A DNA stretch of 64,000 bases. It comes from Leucoraja ocellata (lineage: Eukaryota). Under the pieces are notes generated by a model. That model had not been told where the DNA came from. It saw nothing but the letters and a program-made list of their open reading frames with translations, and did no database searches. Positions 49,566 through 61,830 of this stretch are shown one piece after another. Where the stretch lies: NCBI GenBank assembly GCA_036785375.1, contig JAWMAR010000168.1, positions 4,650,001 to 4,714,000 of the forward strand. The letters are read 5' to 3'. The position numbers and the translations under genes were made by a program. How positions within the stretch are numbered: position 1 is the first letter of the stretch; each line of letters begins with the position of its first letter.

Positions 49566-52204
49566 TATCTAATTAGGGTGCATGTAACTCTAATCAACAA
49601 TAAATGTTTGATTCCAAATGCAACCCCCCACTTAATGACATGGTTGTACAACACAAACTGAGGCCACCCTGCTGTTACTCATTTGAAGATTGCTTTGATT
49701 AACACGAGCCAGGAAGATGTTTTTTCCCCCAGTCTGTGCACAATCTCAATAATCATTTTCAGCAGTGACAGCTTCAAGATTTGAACCACCAAATGTCGGA
49801 TGCAATGGAACCAGATTGCAGGGCAGCCTTGTGGCAGAGGAAGTCAGAACTGTTCCCGGTGGGGGATAATAGCATGCAAGCATTGTCACGTGCAAGCGTT
49901 TTTAGCAACTCAGCAAGTAGGAATCTGAAAGACATGAGTTTATCAAGATATCTTGAAGGTGAAATGTTAAACCAAGGCCTATGTAATTGTAAAAGACTCC
50001 ACAGTTCTATTCACAGGACAGCAGGCAAGTACTTCCTAACCTTTATTCACCAGTAAACATTATTAACAGAGGTTATCTGGTCATCATCTCATTACTGTTT
50101 GTGGAAGCTTGCTGGTGGAAACAGTCTTATACTGTATTAAAGGTGCACTGTGGAGAGAGCTATGAGAGAATGTACCGTATCTTTTCCTGGTCGATGAAAC
50201 AGCACTGAATAAAGCTCGACAACAATTGGATACAAAAGACATTTCATTTCTGTATAAATTCCATCATCTTACAAAAATTACAGCCCAGCCCGTGAACATA
50301 AATGGTGGAAAATCATGAGCAAAAACAAATTCACATAAAAATATAATCCTGAAACTACCAAGTATGAGTCATCTTCAAAGGGACATCTCAAGCAAAAAAC
50401 ATTCAATCTTTTATGCATTTTAGTCAGATGTTATCAGAATTTATGACTATAATTATGATAGCGGTATTCAGAAATGTTGAGATGTTATCCACAGTAAAAA
50501 TGTTTTATGTTGAGATGACAATTGATTTTTTTTCCAATTACTTCTGTGCTGCATAATGCAAAATATTTTACTGTCAGGGCTTTCAATGAATGTTCACTCT
50601 TAGCCCCAACAGCACCACCATGTTGACTTGCCTCTGCTTCATCTCATCAGTCTGGTGAGAGGGGCGGAACAGTACAAAGTAAAAATTGAAAGTGGGAATT
50701 GGTATTACACTCAACTCCATCTCTCTCTCCTCCCTCCATGCTGGCTGCAGGTCAGGATTCAAGTTTGCCCAGATAAATGGAACAACTTTAGCCGCAAGGT
50801 TGCCTCCATAAAGCAGACGGCCAAAGGCAAGTAGCAGTTTGGATGTTCACTCATTGACTTTAAGCCAAATGGTTTCCATCTTTGCTGGTGCAGCTTTTTG
50901 AAGATCCGATTAGACTTCCACGTCACCAGAACTGGGAAACAACGGGAGTACAGCCAGTTGGATTGTGGATTCTCAGTGGGGACCCTGACTAAGCACAGCT
51001 GAGAGGGTTAATACATGCAGAGCAACACAAGCACATGTCAGATTGTAGACTGCACTGCTTGACAGGATGTGCGGTGGAAGCCAAAGAAAATGAACAGTAA
51101 GATTGTCCTTAAAGGCGAAGCGGGGGAAGGGGGAGGAAACTCTCTTCCTGTTTTTCTGTTGCAAAAGGAATTTTTTAGCTGGCAGGGAAGATCAGATGTT
51201 TTTCTGCAATAACAAACCAAAAGAAATGTATTTATATTTTTGACATTTCTTGTACTGCAAAGTCAGACCACTTTTAAAACTTCCAACATTGTTGCTTAAA
51301 CAACAGCTGTGATCCTTACCGGGTTGCAACATGCCTCCCATTTTAAAGTCATCTTATGGGTAAACATTCTTGTTCCCAAGCCTGGTGGTGTAGATGTAGC
51401 ACAGCCTCCTGAGAGGACAGCATCCGGCTTGGATCCTTTTCGCTAGATCCGTGTCACTTCATAACAGTGCAACTTTGCAACAGGACATTTTTTGACTGAC
51501 TTACAGTGATCTGGCTGAACCCAGGCCAATTCCTCACTTATAATGTAACAATGTAGTCAAACACAGCCCATGTGGCTTTCCAGCCGTTTGGAATGAATGG
51601 AAAAAGATGTCCCTTCACCCATCTTTGAAGAGACCACTGCAAAATCCTAAAAGAGCCCAAGGACATTTTATCTTCCATTTCATCCAGATTTTCAGTCATT
51701 TCATGCTGTTTCCATTTTTTTAGTATAGATGTTTTTACCTGCGTTTTCTGCAATGAAGTTATTTACTGACCTGAATCTTTTTCTCTTATTGAAACATTCA
51801 CAAGACTTCAGTCTCTAAATGAGGCATTTACAAGACCTCAGGTGAACAGGAAATGGTGTGGAAAAGGATAGTCAAAGATAAAGGAACTCCAACGAGGCCA
51901 GGCAAGATAACAGGTGGGGCTAGAAGAGCAAAGGAAGTGTAACCTGCCAAAATCAATCTTAACACAGAGTTGAGAGTGTTGATGATCAGCCTACTTGTGC
52001 TTTTTTTGGAATCTACCACCAGGCGTTGGGAAAGCCAGCCCGTTTCTAGGTGTAGGTCTCCTTTTAAAGGAAATTCATAATCCTACAGCATATAGAGGAT
52101 GCAAATTCAATTTAAGGTAAGACCAATCAGAATGTGTCTGACCAGCCAGCAGACGTGGTGGCCAATGACTAGCAGGATATGAAACCCATCCACAAAACTC
52201 CAAC

Positions 52205-52325
52205 ACAGATACAGAATGCTGGAGTAACTCAGCGGGACAGGCAGCATCTCTGGAGAGAAGGAATGGGTGACGTTTCGAGTCGAGACCATTCTTCAGTAAA
52301 CCAGCATCTGCAGTTCCTTCCCACA
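52205..52325 (-). mobile_element. Penelope-derived unit
   Basis: Same tail as other units; flanked by AACACAGATA duplication. Confidence 0.75.
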
Positions 52326-53454
52326 CTAACACAGATAACTTGGCCACCACTTAGAAGGTTGCGATGTTGAAATGATGCCAGGTTCACATTTGTAGCCAAA
52401 CTGTGTGAAGATTTAAGGACAGCATACAGCGAGGATCTGAAAGTACTGAGTTGCCTTGCAGATGGGCGGAATGCAACTGAAGGATAGGATTTCACAAAGG
52501 CCCGATCACAGATGATTCATGAGGGTATGGATCACAAAATGCTTTGTGCCAAAAAATGATTGTTTTTTTAAATATTTGTTTTTGAAGCTCTGCAAATCAT
52601 TGGCTAGGGTTTAATTGTCCATTTCTAAATGTCCTTGAGGAGTCGATGGTGAGTTGCCTTCTTGAATCACTATGGTCCTTCAGGTGACGGTAATCCCACA
52701 GTGATTTTGCGTGGAAAGCTCTAGGATTTAGATCCAGTGAGGATGAAGAAACAGCAATATATTCCAAAGTCAGGACGGTGTGGATAAGTGAAGATTTAAC
52801 GGCACCCACAGAATTTAACAGTAGGATATGTAGCTTGTTTGATTGGTGCCCCCACTGTTCATTTCTCAGAGAGATGCAGTGTGCATGATCTACAAAATGC
52901 AGTGTAGTCACTTGCCCAGGATATTCGGAGAGAGCGCGGGGCCCTGACCACGGGTGAACATTGGGGAACATTAGAGGAAGATAACTGACTTTGGTGCCTT
53001 CCCTCACAGTGGGAAACTTTTTGATTCTGTTGTGTGGGGATGTTTTATGTTGAACTCTGTTCTTTATTTTTATTGTATGGCTGTATGGTGATCACATTTC
53101 ACTGTGCCAACTGGCACATGTGACAAATAAATGTATCTTGAATCTGGATCTTATAATAATTCAACCGTTTAAACAAGTTCAGTCATACTTTATTGCAAAA
53201 TATTCAATCCAATTTTACCGCAAGGGTCCAATTAATATTTTACTGGAAGAATTGAATTTTTCTAAAGAGAATCCAAATATTTTACTGCAAGAATTCAATC
53301 AATATACTGGCACTAACATTTTTAGTTGTTGGAGACTCGTGGCTCGAAGCAGTGAGATTGTGTGATGGCATCCTCATGTGTGGAACAGGATCCAAACACA
53401 TATCCAACATGTTGCTCATATCCAGTATGTGCTATAGGGAGCAGCTAACATCAT

Positions 53455-53825
53455 TCCTTGGAGTGCAGGAGGATGAGGGGTGATCTTATAGAGGCGTACA
53501 AAATTACCAGATGAATAGATCAGGTAAACGCACAGTCTTTTGCGCAGAGTAGGAGAATCAAGAACCATAGGTTTAAGTTGAGGAGGGAAATAGGGTAATA
53601 GGTTTTACACAAGGGGTGGTGGGTGTATGGAATGAGCTGCCAGCGGAGGTAGTTGAGTCAGGTACTATCAGAACATCTAAGAAACATATAGACAGGTACA
53701 TGGATTGGACATCTTTAGTGGGATTATGGGCCAAACGCAGACAAGGTGGGACAAGTGTAGATGGGACATGTTGGCCAGTGTGGGCAACTGGGGTCGATGG
53801 GCCTGTTTCCATGCCTTATGACTCT
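53455..53825 (+). mobile_element. CR1 3' fragment
   Basis: VVGVWNELPAEVVE. Confidence 0.8.
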
Positions 53826-54169
53826 GTTAGATTCCAACTAACACAAAGCCATATAACAGTGCAACATTGGAGAGAAACAACGCAACACATGTTGGATGTT
53901 TGGATGCAAGATTGGTCTTGTTTGTCTATATTTATTGCATGAAAGCCCACAAAGGCCATTGTGGAAAGTCACAATGATGTGACATGCTTGTTCTTGTGAA
54001 GAGAATACATGTATTCAACAGTCAATTATGCCAAAAATAATTATAAAGAAATCAATGTTGATATTGTGTGAAATGTATTACTCAAACTTTCCAGGTCTAC
54101 AACTCCACCCACATATACTCACCAACAGTTGCACAACATATCGTTCTCGCTGGTAGGTTTCTTACAGTA

Positions 54170-54705
54170 AATGCAAAGCCAGAAGGATCATGGAGTGGCG
54201 TGGAGGAGTGTGGAGTTGCGCGTGGTATCGCGCAGCGAGCCAGGATTTCGTGCTGCACGAAACCTTCGCGCGCCACCGGCCTGTCGCGTAAATGACGGCC
54301 AAGTGAGACATGGTGACGTTTCGGGTCGAGACCCTTCTTCAGACCGAAACACCATCCTTTCCTTCTCTTCAGAGATGCTGCCGGTCCCGCTGAGTTACTC
54401 CTGCATTTTGTGTCTATCTTCAATTTAAACCAGCATCTGCAGTTCCTTCCCACAAATTTATTTGGTCTGTAGCTTGCTACTTTTCATTCACCTCTTTGTT
54501 TTAATAGGGGCATTACATCTGCAGTTTTTCCAATTGCTAGCACCACTCAAGAAACTGGAACATTTTAGAAAATCTCCATAAATATCATAAACTGAGTATT
54601 GAAATGACGTCACGCGCTCCAGACGGCTGTGTGGACGCACGATGACGCGCACGAGTCGCTACCGGCCTGTCGCTTAAATGACGGCCCAGTGGGACAGGCC
54701 CTTTA
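54170..54705. mobile_element. Two PIF/Harbinger-like MITE end fragments (~54170-54310, ~54600-54702)
   Basis: Shared accggcctgtcgc.taaatgacggcc.agtg; second ends GTGGGACAGGCCCT|TTA (Harbinger-type TIR and TTA site). Opposite ends not found. Confidence 0.55.
54312..54345 (-). ncRNA. Minimal type I hammerhead ribozyme motif (best-preserved copy)
   Basis: GGU-CUGAAGA-A-GGGUC(UC)GACCC-GAAA-CG-UC|ACC: stem I GGU/ACC, stem II 5 bp, palindromic ACGU in place of stem III. Confidence 0.65.
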
Positions 54706-55399
54706 CTTCCAATTGTTCAAGACCCCAAGGACAACTGTAAGTGTTGACACTGAATTGAGAAACAGGTGATTGCCTGTGCAGAACACTTTGAGCTTGCTGA
54801 GAACAAAATGCACAAACTGACAGAAATACCCACACTTCTTTTAATACAGATTTACGTTTTGTATAATTAGTTATTTGGCAGGTTCAAAATCCTTTGATCC
54901 AGATATTCCTGCTGGAGTATTGTTGACATGGCGTGGGCTGGATCAGCAAACATAAGGTCGCTGCACACTCCAGTTGGTGGGTCTCCATGGAGACACAAGA
55001 GAGACTGCAGATGCTGGAATCTGGACCAACAAACAAACAGCGAGCAAAAACTCAGCAGGACAAGCAGCACCATGGTGCCAGTGGAAATATTCAACACGAC
55101 CTGATACAGGGCCTCGACCAAAATATCAACAACCCCTTTGCTGCCAAAGATGATGCTTGACCCACTGAATTCTTCCAACAGTTTGTTCTTTTGCCCATGG
55201 AAGCCAATTGTTGTCAGGACATTGCAGTGACCATTTTGAGATGCTATCTGATGCTGAGGGGAGTCCAGTTTAATTTAATTGACGGAGAAAAATTCTTAAA
55301 GTCTGTGAGAGATATCCATTGGCCAGACAGGAGAATAACCAACAGCGGCCCAGAAAAGACCAGCCAGAAATCTATAGCCTATAATTCAGCTCATTTTTA

Positions 55400-55710
55400 G
55401 GTTGAGTTTAGAGATACAGCATGGAAATAGGCCCATCGGCCCACTGAATCTGCAACAACCAGCGATCCACGCTCACATACAATATCCTACACCAGCGACA
55501 ATTTTCCCATTTATACCAAGCCAATTAGCCTACAAACCTGTACGTCTTTGGAGTGTGGGAGGAAACCCAGGTTCTCGGAGAAAACCCACACAGGTTGCGG
55601 GGAGAACGTACAAACTCTGTACAGTCAGCACCCGTAACCAGGATTGAACCCGGGTTGCTGGCATTGTAAGAGCTGTAAGGCAGCAACTCTATCGCTGTGC
55701 CACAGTGCTG
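55400..55710 (-). mobile_element. HE1-like V-SINE
   Basis: V-domain and tail on the minus strand. Confidence 0.85.
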
Positions 55711-56304
55711 TCCTCATCTCGGGCCGCTGCATGTTCAGTCGGATGTGCAAGTCCGGGGCAAGTCGGAGGCCCAATCCCTGGTCTACCACTCAACCCAGTG
55801 AGGGAGCGCAGGGGTATAGAGAGGGGCCAGATGTTCTTTGGTCATTTACTCCAAGTAATAACTAGTTAGATGTCTTTTATTAATGAAATGTTTAAAGTGC
55901 AGTTCAGTCAGCTTTAAGAGGCCATCAGTGTGGCCTAGTGGTAACGTTTCAGCATCTGGCACCCAGGCCTTGGACAAAGTATAGAGTTCACTCCATCTTG
56001 GGGAATGCCTTTCAAGTGCAGAGTCTCTGCCTTCCCTCTGCATTCAAAGCAAGTTCGTACAGGCGGGTAGGGGGTCACTGTGGGTGATGAGTTCAGGCCA
56101 TGGCCGAGAATCCACAGCAAGCGCCCAGAATAATCCTGCCAGATTTATTTCACAACCTAAAATCTACAGTGTCAATCTCAACCTAATTTTCAATAAAACG
56201 CTTGCAGTAAAACATAACATCATCCTTACCAACAGAATTTAAATTATCACCAGCCTAACAGGAACTTGATTGTGATTTTACATGACCTTAGTGTGAACTA
56301 TTTC

Positions 56305-57380
56305 TCGGGTGTTACGGTAGAGTTGCTGCCTTGGAGCGCCAGATACCAGGGTTCAATCCTGACTACGAATGCTGTCTGTATGGAGTTTGTACTTTCTCCC
56401 TGTGACCGCGTGGTTTTTCTCCGGGTGCTTCATTTTCCCCCCACACTGCAAAGACGTACAGGTTTGCAGGCTAATTGGTTAGGCACAATTGTAAATTGTC
56501 CAAAGTCGCCAGTGTGTGTGGAGTGTGAGTTAGATAGAGCTCTAGGGGCCAGTGGAGTCAAGGGATATGGGGAGAAGGCAGGCACGGGTTATTGATAGGG
56601 GACAATCAGCCATGACATTAGGACATGACTTCAGAATTAAGGGACAGAAGTTTAGGGGTAATATGAGGGGGAACTTCTTTACTCAGAGAATGGTAGCGGT
56701 GTGGAATGAGCTTCCAGTGGAAGTGGTGGAGGCAGGTTCATTGGTATCATTTAAAAATAAATTGGGACATATGAATGAGAAGGGAATGGAGGGTTATGGT
56801 ACGAGTGCAGGCAGGTGGGACTAAGGGAAAAAAAGTTGTTCGACGCGGACTTGTAGGGCCGAGATGGCCTGTTTCCGTGCTGTAATTGTTATATGGTTAT
56901 ATGATCACAATGAATGGCGGTGCTGGCTCGAAGGGCCGAATGGCCTCCTCCTGCGCCTATTTCCTATGTTTCTATGTGTGTGTGGGGATCGCTAGTCGGC
57001 ATGGACTCTGTATGGAATGGCCTGTTTCCTCACAGCGTTCGTGCAGCACGGTGGTGCAGAGGTAGTTTTGCTGCCTCACAACTGTTGCTGCGTCGAAGAC
57101 CCAGGTTCGATCCCGACTACGGGTGCTGTCTGTACGGAGTTTGTACGTTCTCCCCGTGACCTGCATAGGTTTTCTTCGAGAGCTTCGGTTTACTCCCACA
57201 CTCCAAAGACGTCCAGGTTTGTAGGTTAATTGGCCTGGTAATAAGTGTAAATTGTCCCTAGTGTGTGTGTAGGATAGTGTTAATGTTCAAGGATCGCTGG
57301 TCGGCGCAGACTCACTGGGCCTGTTTCTGCGCTGTATCTCTATAAATCTCTAAAGTAAAAATCACTAAACTAAACTAAAT
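56305..57380 (+). mobile_element. Two tandem HE1-like SINEs; the first is interrupted by a CR1 tail that is itself interrupted by another CR1 tail (~56520-56975)
   Basis: gacaatcagccatga|...|atgatcacaatgaatggcgg split; second SINE ~57045-57380. Confidence 0.78.
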
Positions 57381-57404
57381 TGTAGTATAATTCCATTCAA
57401 TGCC

Positions 57405-57930
57405 CAAAATGAGGAAGGACATTATTGCCATAGAGTGCAGAGAAGGTTCACCAGACTGATTCCTGGGATGTCAGGACTGTCTTATGAAGAAAATCTGAAT
57501 AGACTTGGTTTATACTCTCTAGAATATAGGGGATTGAGAGGGGATCTTATAGAAACTTACAAAATTCTTAAGGGGTTGGACAGGCTAAATGCAGGAAGAT
57601 TGTTCCCGATGTTGGGGAAGTCCAGGACAAGGGGTCACAGCTTAAGGATAAGGGGGAAATCCTTTAAAACCGAGATGAGAATAACTTTTTTCACACAGAG
57701 AGTGGTGAATCTCTGGAACTCTCTGCCACAGAGGGTAGTTGAGGCCAGTTCATTGGCTATATTTAAGAGGGAGTTAGATGTGGCCCTTGTGGCTAAGGGG
57801 ATCAGAGGGTATGGAGAGAAGGCAGGTACAGGATACTGAGTTGGATGATCAGCCATGATCATATTGAATGGCGGTGCAGGCTCGAAGGGCCGAATGGCCT
57901 ACTCCTGTACTTAATTTCTATGTTTCTATG
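57405..57930 (+). mobile_element. CR1 3' fragment
   Basis: [18 protein letters not shown]...[13 protein letters not shown]. Confidence 0.92.
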
Positions 57931-58702
57931 ACAACCTGTTTAATTGATATTTGATATATCTGTGTACATTCATGGGAAACTGTGGAACTGACCCGCAGCT
58001 ACTAACCAAATCCTGGAGCCTCCTTAAATCTATCCCTCTCTTGATCTCCAACAGGTACCCCTGCAATTGTTACTCCTTGACCTGCATTCCTTAACACAAA
58101 ATAGCATTAGGTGCTGACTCTTTGACCTCTCGTGGGTACCATACCATTAATTAAGATCATGTCTTACCTGAATGTAATCTCAACACCACATGCTTTGTTT
58201 ATTCTTCTGTACTGTTTTGTTAAAATCCCCTGAGAAATTTCAATCACTCACTTTTCTCAACGCCAGCAGATACAAGCTTAGTCTTTCCAACCTATCTTCG
58301 TAAGACAACTTGCCTTTCAACTAGACCTCCAGAATAGTTCTAGTTCGAGCAGTAGACCAGACCTGCTTCCCTCTAGAACCTTCTAGAAGGAAGCAGCTCT
58401 CATCAACATTTGAATTATATCCAATATATTTATATCCTTAACATCCACAGCACCATTTTTTCCTCCCAGCTAATTTCCTCGCATCTGATCATTACTCTTT
58501 ATTTCTCCCTTATCTTGATCCATCTCCTATGAGCCCCACAGTCAGCAAATAGGAAAACTGGACGTGAGATGCAGTGTGGTCACAGAGGGTCAGTAAGTCT
58601 GTGATGTAAGGCACCCCAACCAGACCTGTGGCTAACTTCACGAACCAATGTTCAGGAGAGGAGGTCTGTGCTTTGATCAGTTGAGAGAAATGGCAAAGCA
58701 GT

Positions 58703-59079
58703 TGTAATGGCAAATTTCCGGTTCTTTCAGCGTCCAACGTTCCGTTGCCATTACTACACAGGTAAGTAGGAGTGATCTTACGCAGAACAAATAAAACAGA
58801 TTTTCCCGTTGTTATTTCCAGTTGGTTCTTTATTGAAGTAGTTGTACAAACAAAGAGATGAACGTACCAAGTTTTCCTTATTCTGCATACAAGTTGTAGC
58901 TAGTCTGGTGAGAACTGTATGCCCTCCACTCCCTGTGCCTGGTCTGCCCCTCCCTGTCCCCTATGTATATATACATATATGACCGCCCCCAAGTGTCCAA
59001 AATAATACTGCAAGATATATCTAGGCAAAATAATATAATATGCCAACAGTAGCTAGCCTAAATATAAATGGCCCCTACA
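58703..59079 (-). mobile_element. 3' LTR of BEL/Pao element (377 bp)
   Basis: TGTA...TACA termini; preceded on the minus strand by PPT-like ATTAGGGGCCGGTG (59093-59080); internal AATAAA. Confidence 0.78.
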
Positions 59080-60075
59080 CACCGGCCCCTAATTGTTCTA
59101 CGTATATAACGAAACAATTACTAATAATCATTAAAAGGAGCTATAAAAACTTGACATTTTATCAAAAACAAGGTATGTTCTATGTGTTGCCATTTAATGT
59201 TCTTTAGTGATTCTTTGTCTTTGACTGAAAGAGATGACCACTCTTTCTGCTTGGAGAAGATCTTCAAGACAAAAACACTGTCCGCAGAGTGATGCTTTAA
59301 AGACTTGCATCTCCTTATCAACCTTTTCCTTTAGCTTGCCAGGATATTTTTCAAAGCTACTTACAACAGTCTAAATCTCCTTTCTCCTTCGAGTCAACTG
59401 CAAGAGTGTCGTCCTTACTTTATGAAGCCAAACTACAGCAGTCTACAGATTCCTCCATGATGAGAAATAGGTGATAAGAGAGTTTGCGGGGTTCAATGGG
59501 TCCTTGACAATGACGTTCATTGTAATATCTTGCTTGATTCCGGGATCATTAGCAGAGATTGAAGGTTCCACGTGAAGCTTTGGCCATTCTCTGTCTGGTT
59601 TACAGAGAAACTCTGGTCCATTGATCCATCTCTTGCAGCTTAAGAAGCGGTCTGCTGTTAGTCCTCTATAGGCTTCATCTGCAGGATTTTCCTTTGTGCC
59701 ATCATATCTCCATTGTGATACATGAGTAGCATCCCTTACAAAAGAGATCCTGTTTGCTACAAATGTTTGGAAGCGTTTGGTTTTGTTGTTGATGTACTTA
59801 AGCACTGTTGTGCTATCGGTCCAGAAGATGGATTTGTTCTGTTGAAGCTGTAATTCCTTTTGCAGCATTGTGTCAAGTTCCATCCGGGGAATCGTCATTT
59901 GTTTTAATGGTGCCACGCTGGATTTTCCCGTTATGAATGCAACATGCACTTGTTTGTTATCATCTTCCAGTCTTAGATATGAGACAGTAACGTAGCCACC
60001 TTCGCTTGTGTCTGAAAAGTGGCGCAGCTGTGCATATCTGATCTGACCAACGTTTGTGGTCTTCATGCACCAGTC

Positions 60076-60309
60076 TGTGCAAAGTACTATTGATACAGTC
60101 ATTATATATCATAACAAGTACTTTAATTAGAATACATACAGAGACCATTGAAATGAGTACTGTATGCTCTGAGTCATAGGTTGAACTAACTAACATGGCT
60201 GCCCGCATGCCACCAGGTGATGGTGTGGAAAACCTGACATGGATTATGCATCAGGTCATCAACAGCAAAGCCAGACATGGATCAAATCAGCAATACTGTT
60301 TGATCTACA
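60076..60309 (-). mobile_element. Solo LTR (234 bp) of another family inserted in BEL pol
   Basis: TG...CA termini, perfect 5-bp TSD CAGTC (60071-60075, 60310-60314), ATTAAA on the minus strand. Confidence 0.78.
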
Positions 60310-60350
60310 CAGTCCACTTTAAATTCCGCCATCTTGTTGAGATCTGCTAA

Positions 60351-60600
60351 CATAGAAACATAGAAACATAGAAAATAGGTGCAGGAGTAGGCCATTCGGC
60401 CCTTTGAGCCTGCACCGCCATTCAATATGATCATGGCTGATCATCCAACTCAGTATCCTGTACCTGCCTTCTCGCCATACCCCCTGATCCCTTTAGCCAC
60501 AAGGGCCACATCTAACTCCCTCTTAAATATAGCCAATGAACTGGCCTCAACTACCTTCTGTGGCAGAGAATTCCACAGATTCACCACTCTCTGTGTAAAA
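60351..60600 (-). mobile_element. CR1 3' fragment nested in BEL
   Basis: [13 protein letters not shown]...; (CTATGTTT)n tail. Confidence 0.9.
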
Positions 60601-61470
60601 TCGTCCTGTCCTGTCCTAACCATCCTGTCCATCGCTGAGAGAAAGTTTGGGTATGTTTTATCCCATCCGAGTCTTTCCTTACAGAGCTCCTGCATAATCC
60701 GCTTGGCTGGCAGAGTATATGGTGCTGGAAATCCTAAAGGGTCGTATATAGAGGCAACCACGGACAAGATGCCCCATCTTGTGTATGGCCGTTCCTGTGT
60801 AGCAACTCTGAACTTGAACACATCTGTTTCAACGCATCAGTGGCTCTTTCCATTGGCAGATTGTCCTTGTCCAAGTCCAACTCATTGGTCTCCTTGGTTC
60901 TGTTTTCTTGTGGAATGAATGCCAATACAGCACAGCTGTTGCTGATCCACTTTCACAGCATGAATCCTCCCATTTGGCAGAGGGAAGTCAGGTCCCTTGC
61001 CATTTGAACTGCTTCCTGTTCGGAAGGCATGGAATTTAAACAATCGTCTACATAGAAGTTGTTTTTTACTGTGTTTGTCACCTCTGCTGGAAAGTGATCT
61101 TTGTTGTCTTCAGCAGTCTTCCTCAATGCTAAATTTACACAACTTGGTGACGACAAGGCTCCAAAAAGAAGTACCTTCATCCGGGGTAACCAACAAGATC
61201 TTTCTGCACATCACCCTCGGGCCACCACAGGGATCGCAGATAGTCAACATGCTTTTCTGATACATTGACCTGATGAAACATTGTTTTGATATCAGCCATC
61301 ATAGCAACCGGTTCTTGTCTGAATCTGATGAGAAATCCAATGGATGAGTTGGTAAGGTCTGGACCCTGCAGCAGTTGGCAGTTAAGTGATGTTCCTTTGA
61401 AGACTGCACCACAGTCAAAGACCACCTTCAAGGTTCCTTTCCTTGAGTGATGCACCCCATGGTATGGGAT

Positions 61471-61830
61471 TGGACAGGTTAGATGCAGGAAGATTGTTCC
61501 CGATGTTGGGGAAGTCCAGGACAAGGGGTCACAGCTTAAGGATAAGCGGGAAATCCTTTAAAACCGAGATGAGGAGATTTTTTTTCACACAGAGAGTGGT
61601 GAATCTCTGGAACTCTCTGCCACAGAGGGTAGTTGAGGCCAGTTCATTGGCTATATTTAAGAGGGAGTTAGATGTGGCCCTTGTGGCTAAAGGGGATCAG
61701 AGGGTATGGAGAGAAGGCAGGTACGGGATACTGAGTTGGATACAGCCATGATCATATTGAATGGCGGTGCAGGCTCGAAGGGCCGAATGGCCTACTCCTG
61801 CACCTAATTTCTATGTTTCTATGTTTCTAT
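61471..61830 (+). mobile_element. CR1 3' fragment nested in BEL RT
   Basis: Removing it restores ELWY|IPYHGVH. Confidence 0.9.

Noticed and set aside
50751-50832. Possible plus-strand exon with pyrimidine tract and GC donor
   Set aside because: Non-canonical donor, no recognisable peptide, no partner exons.
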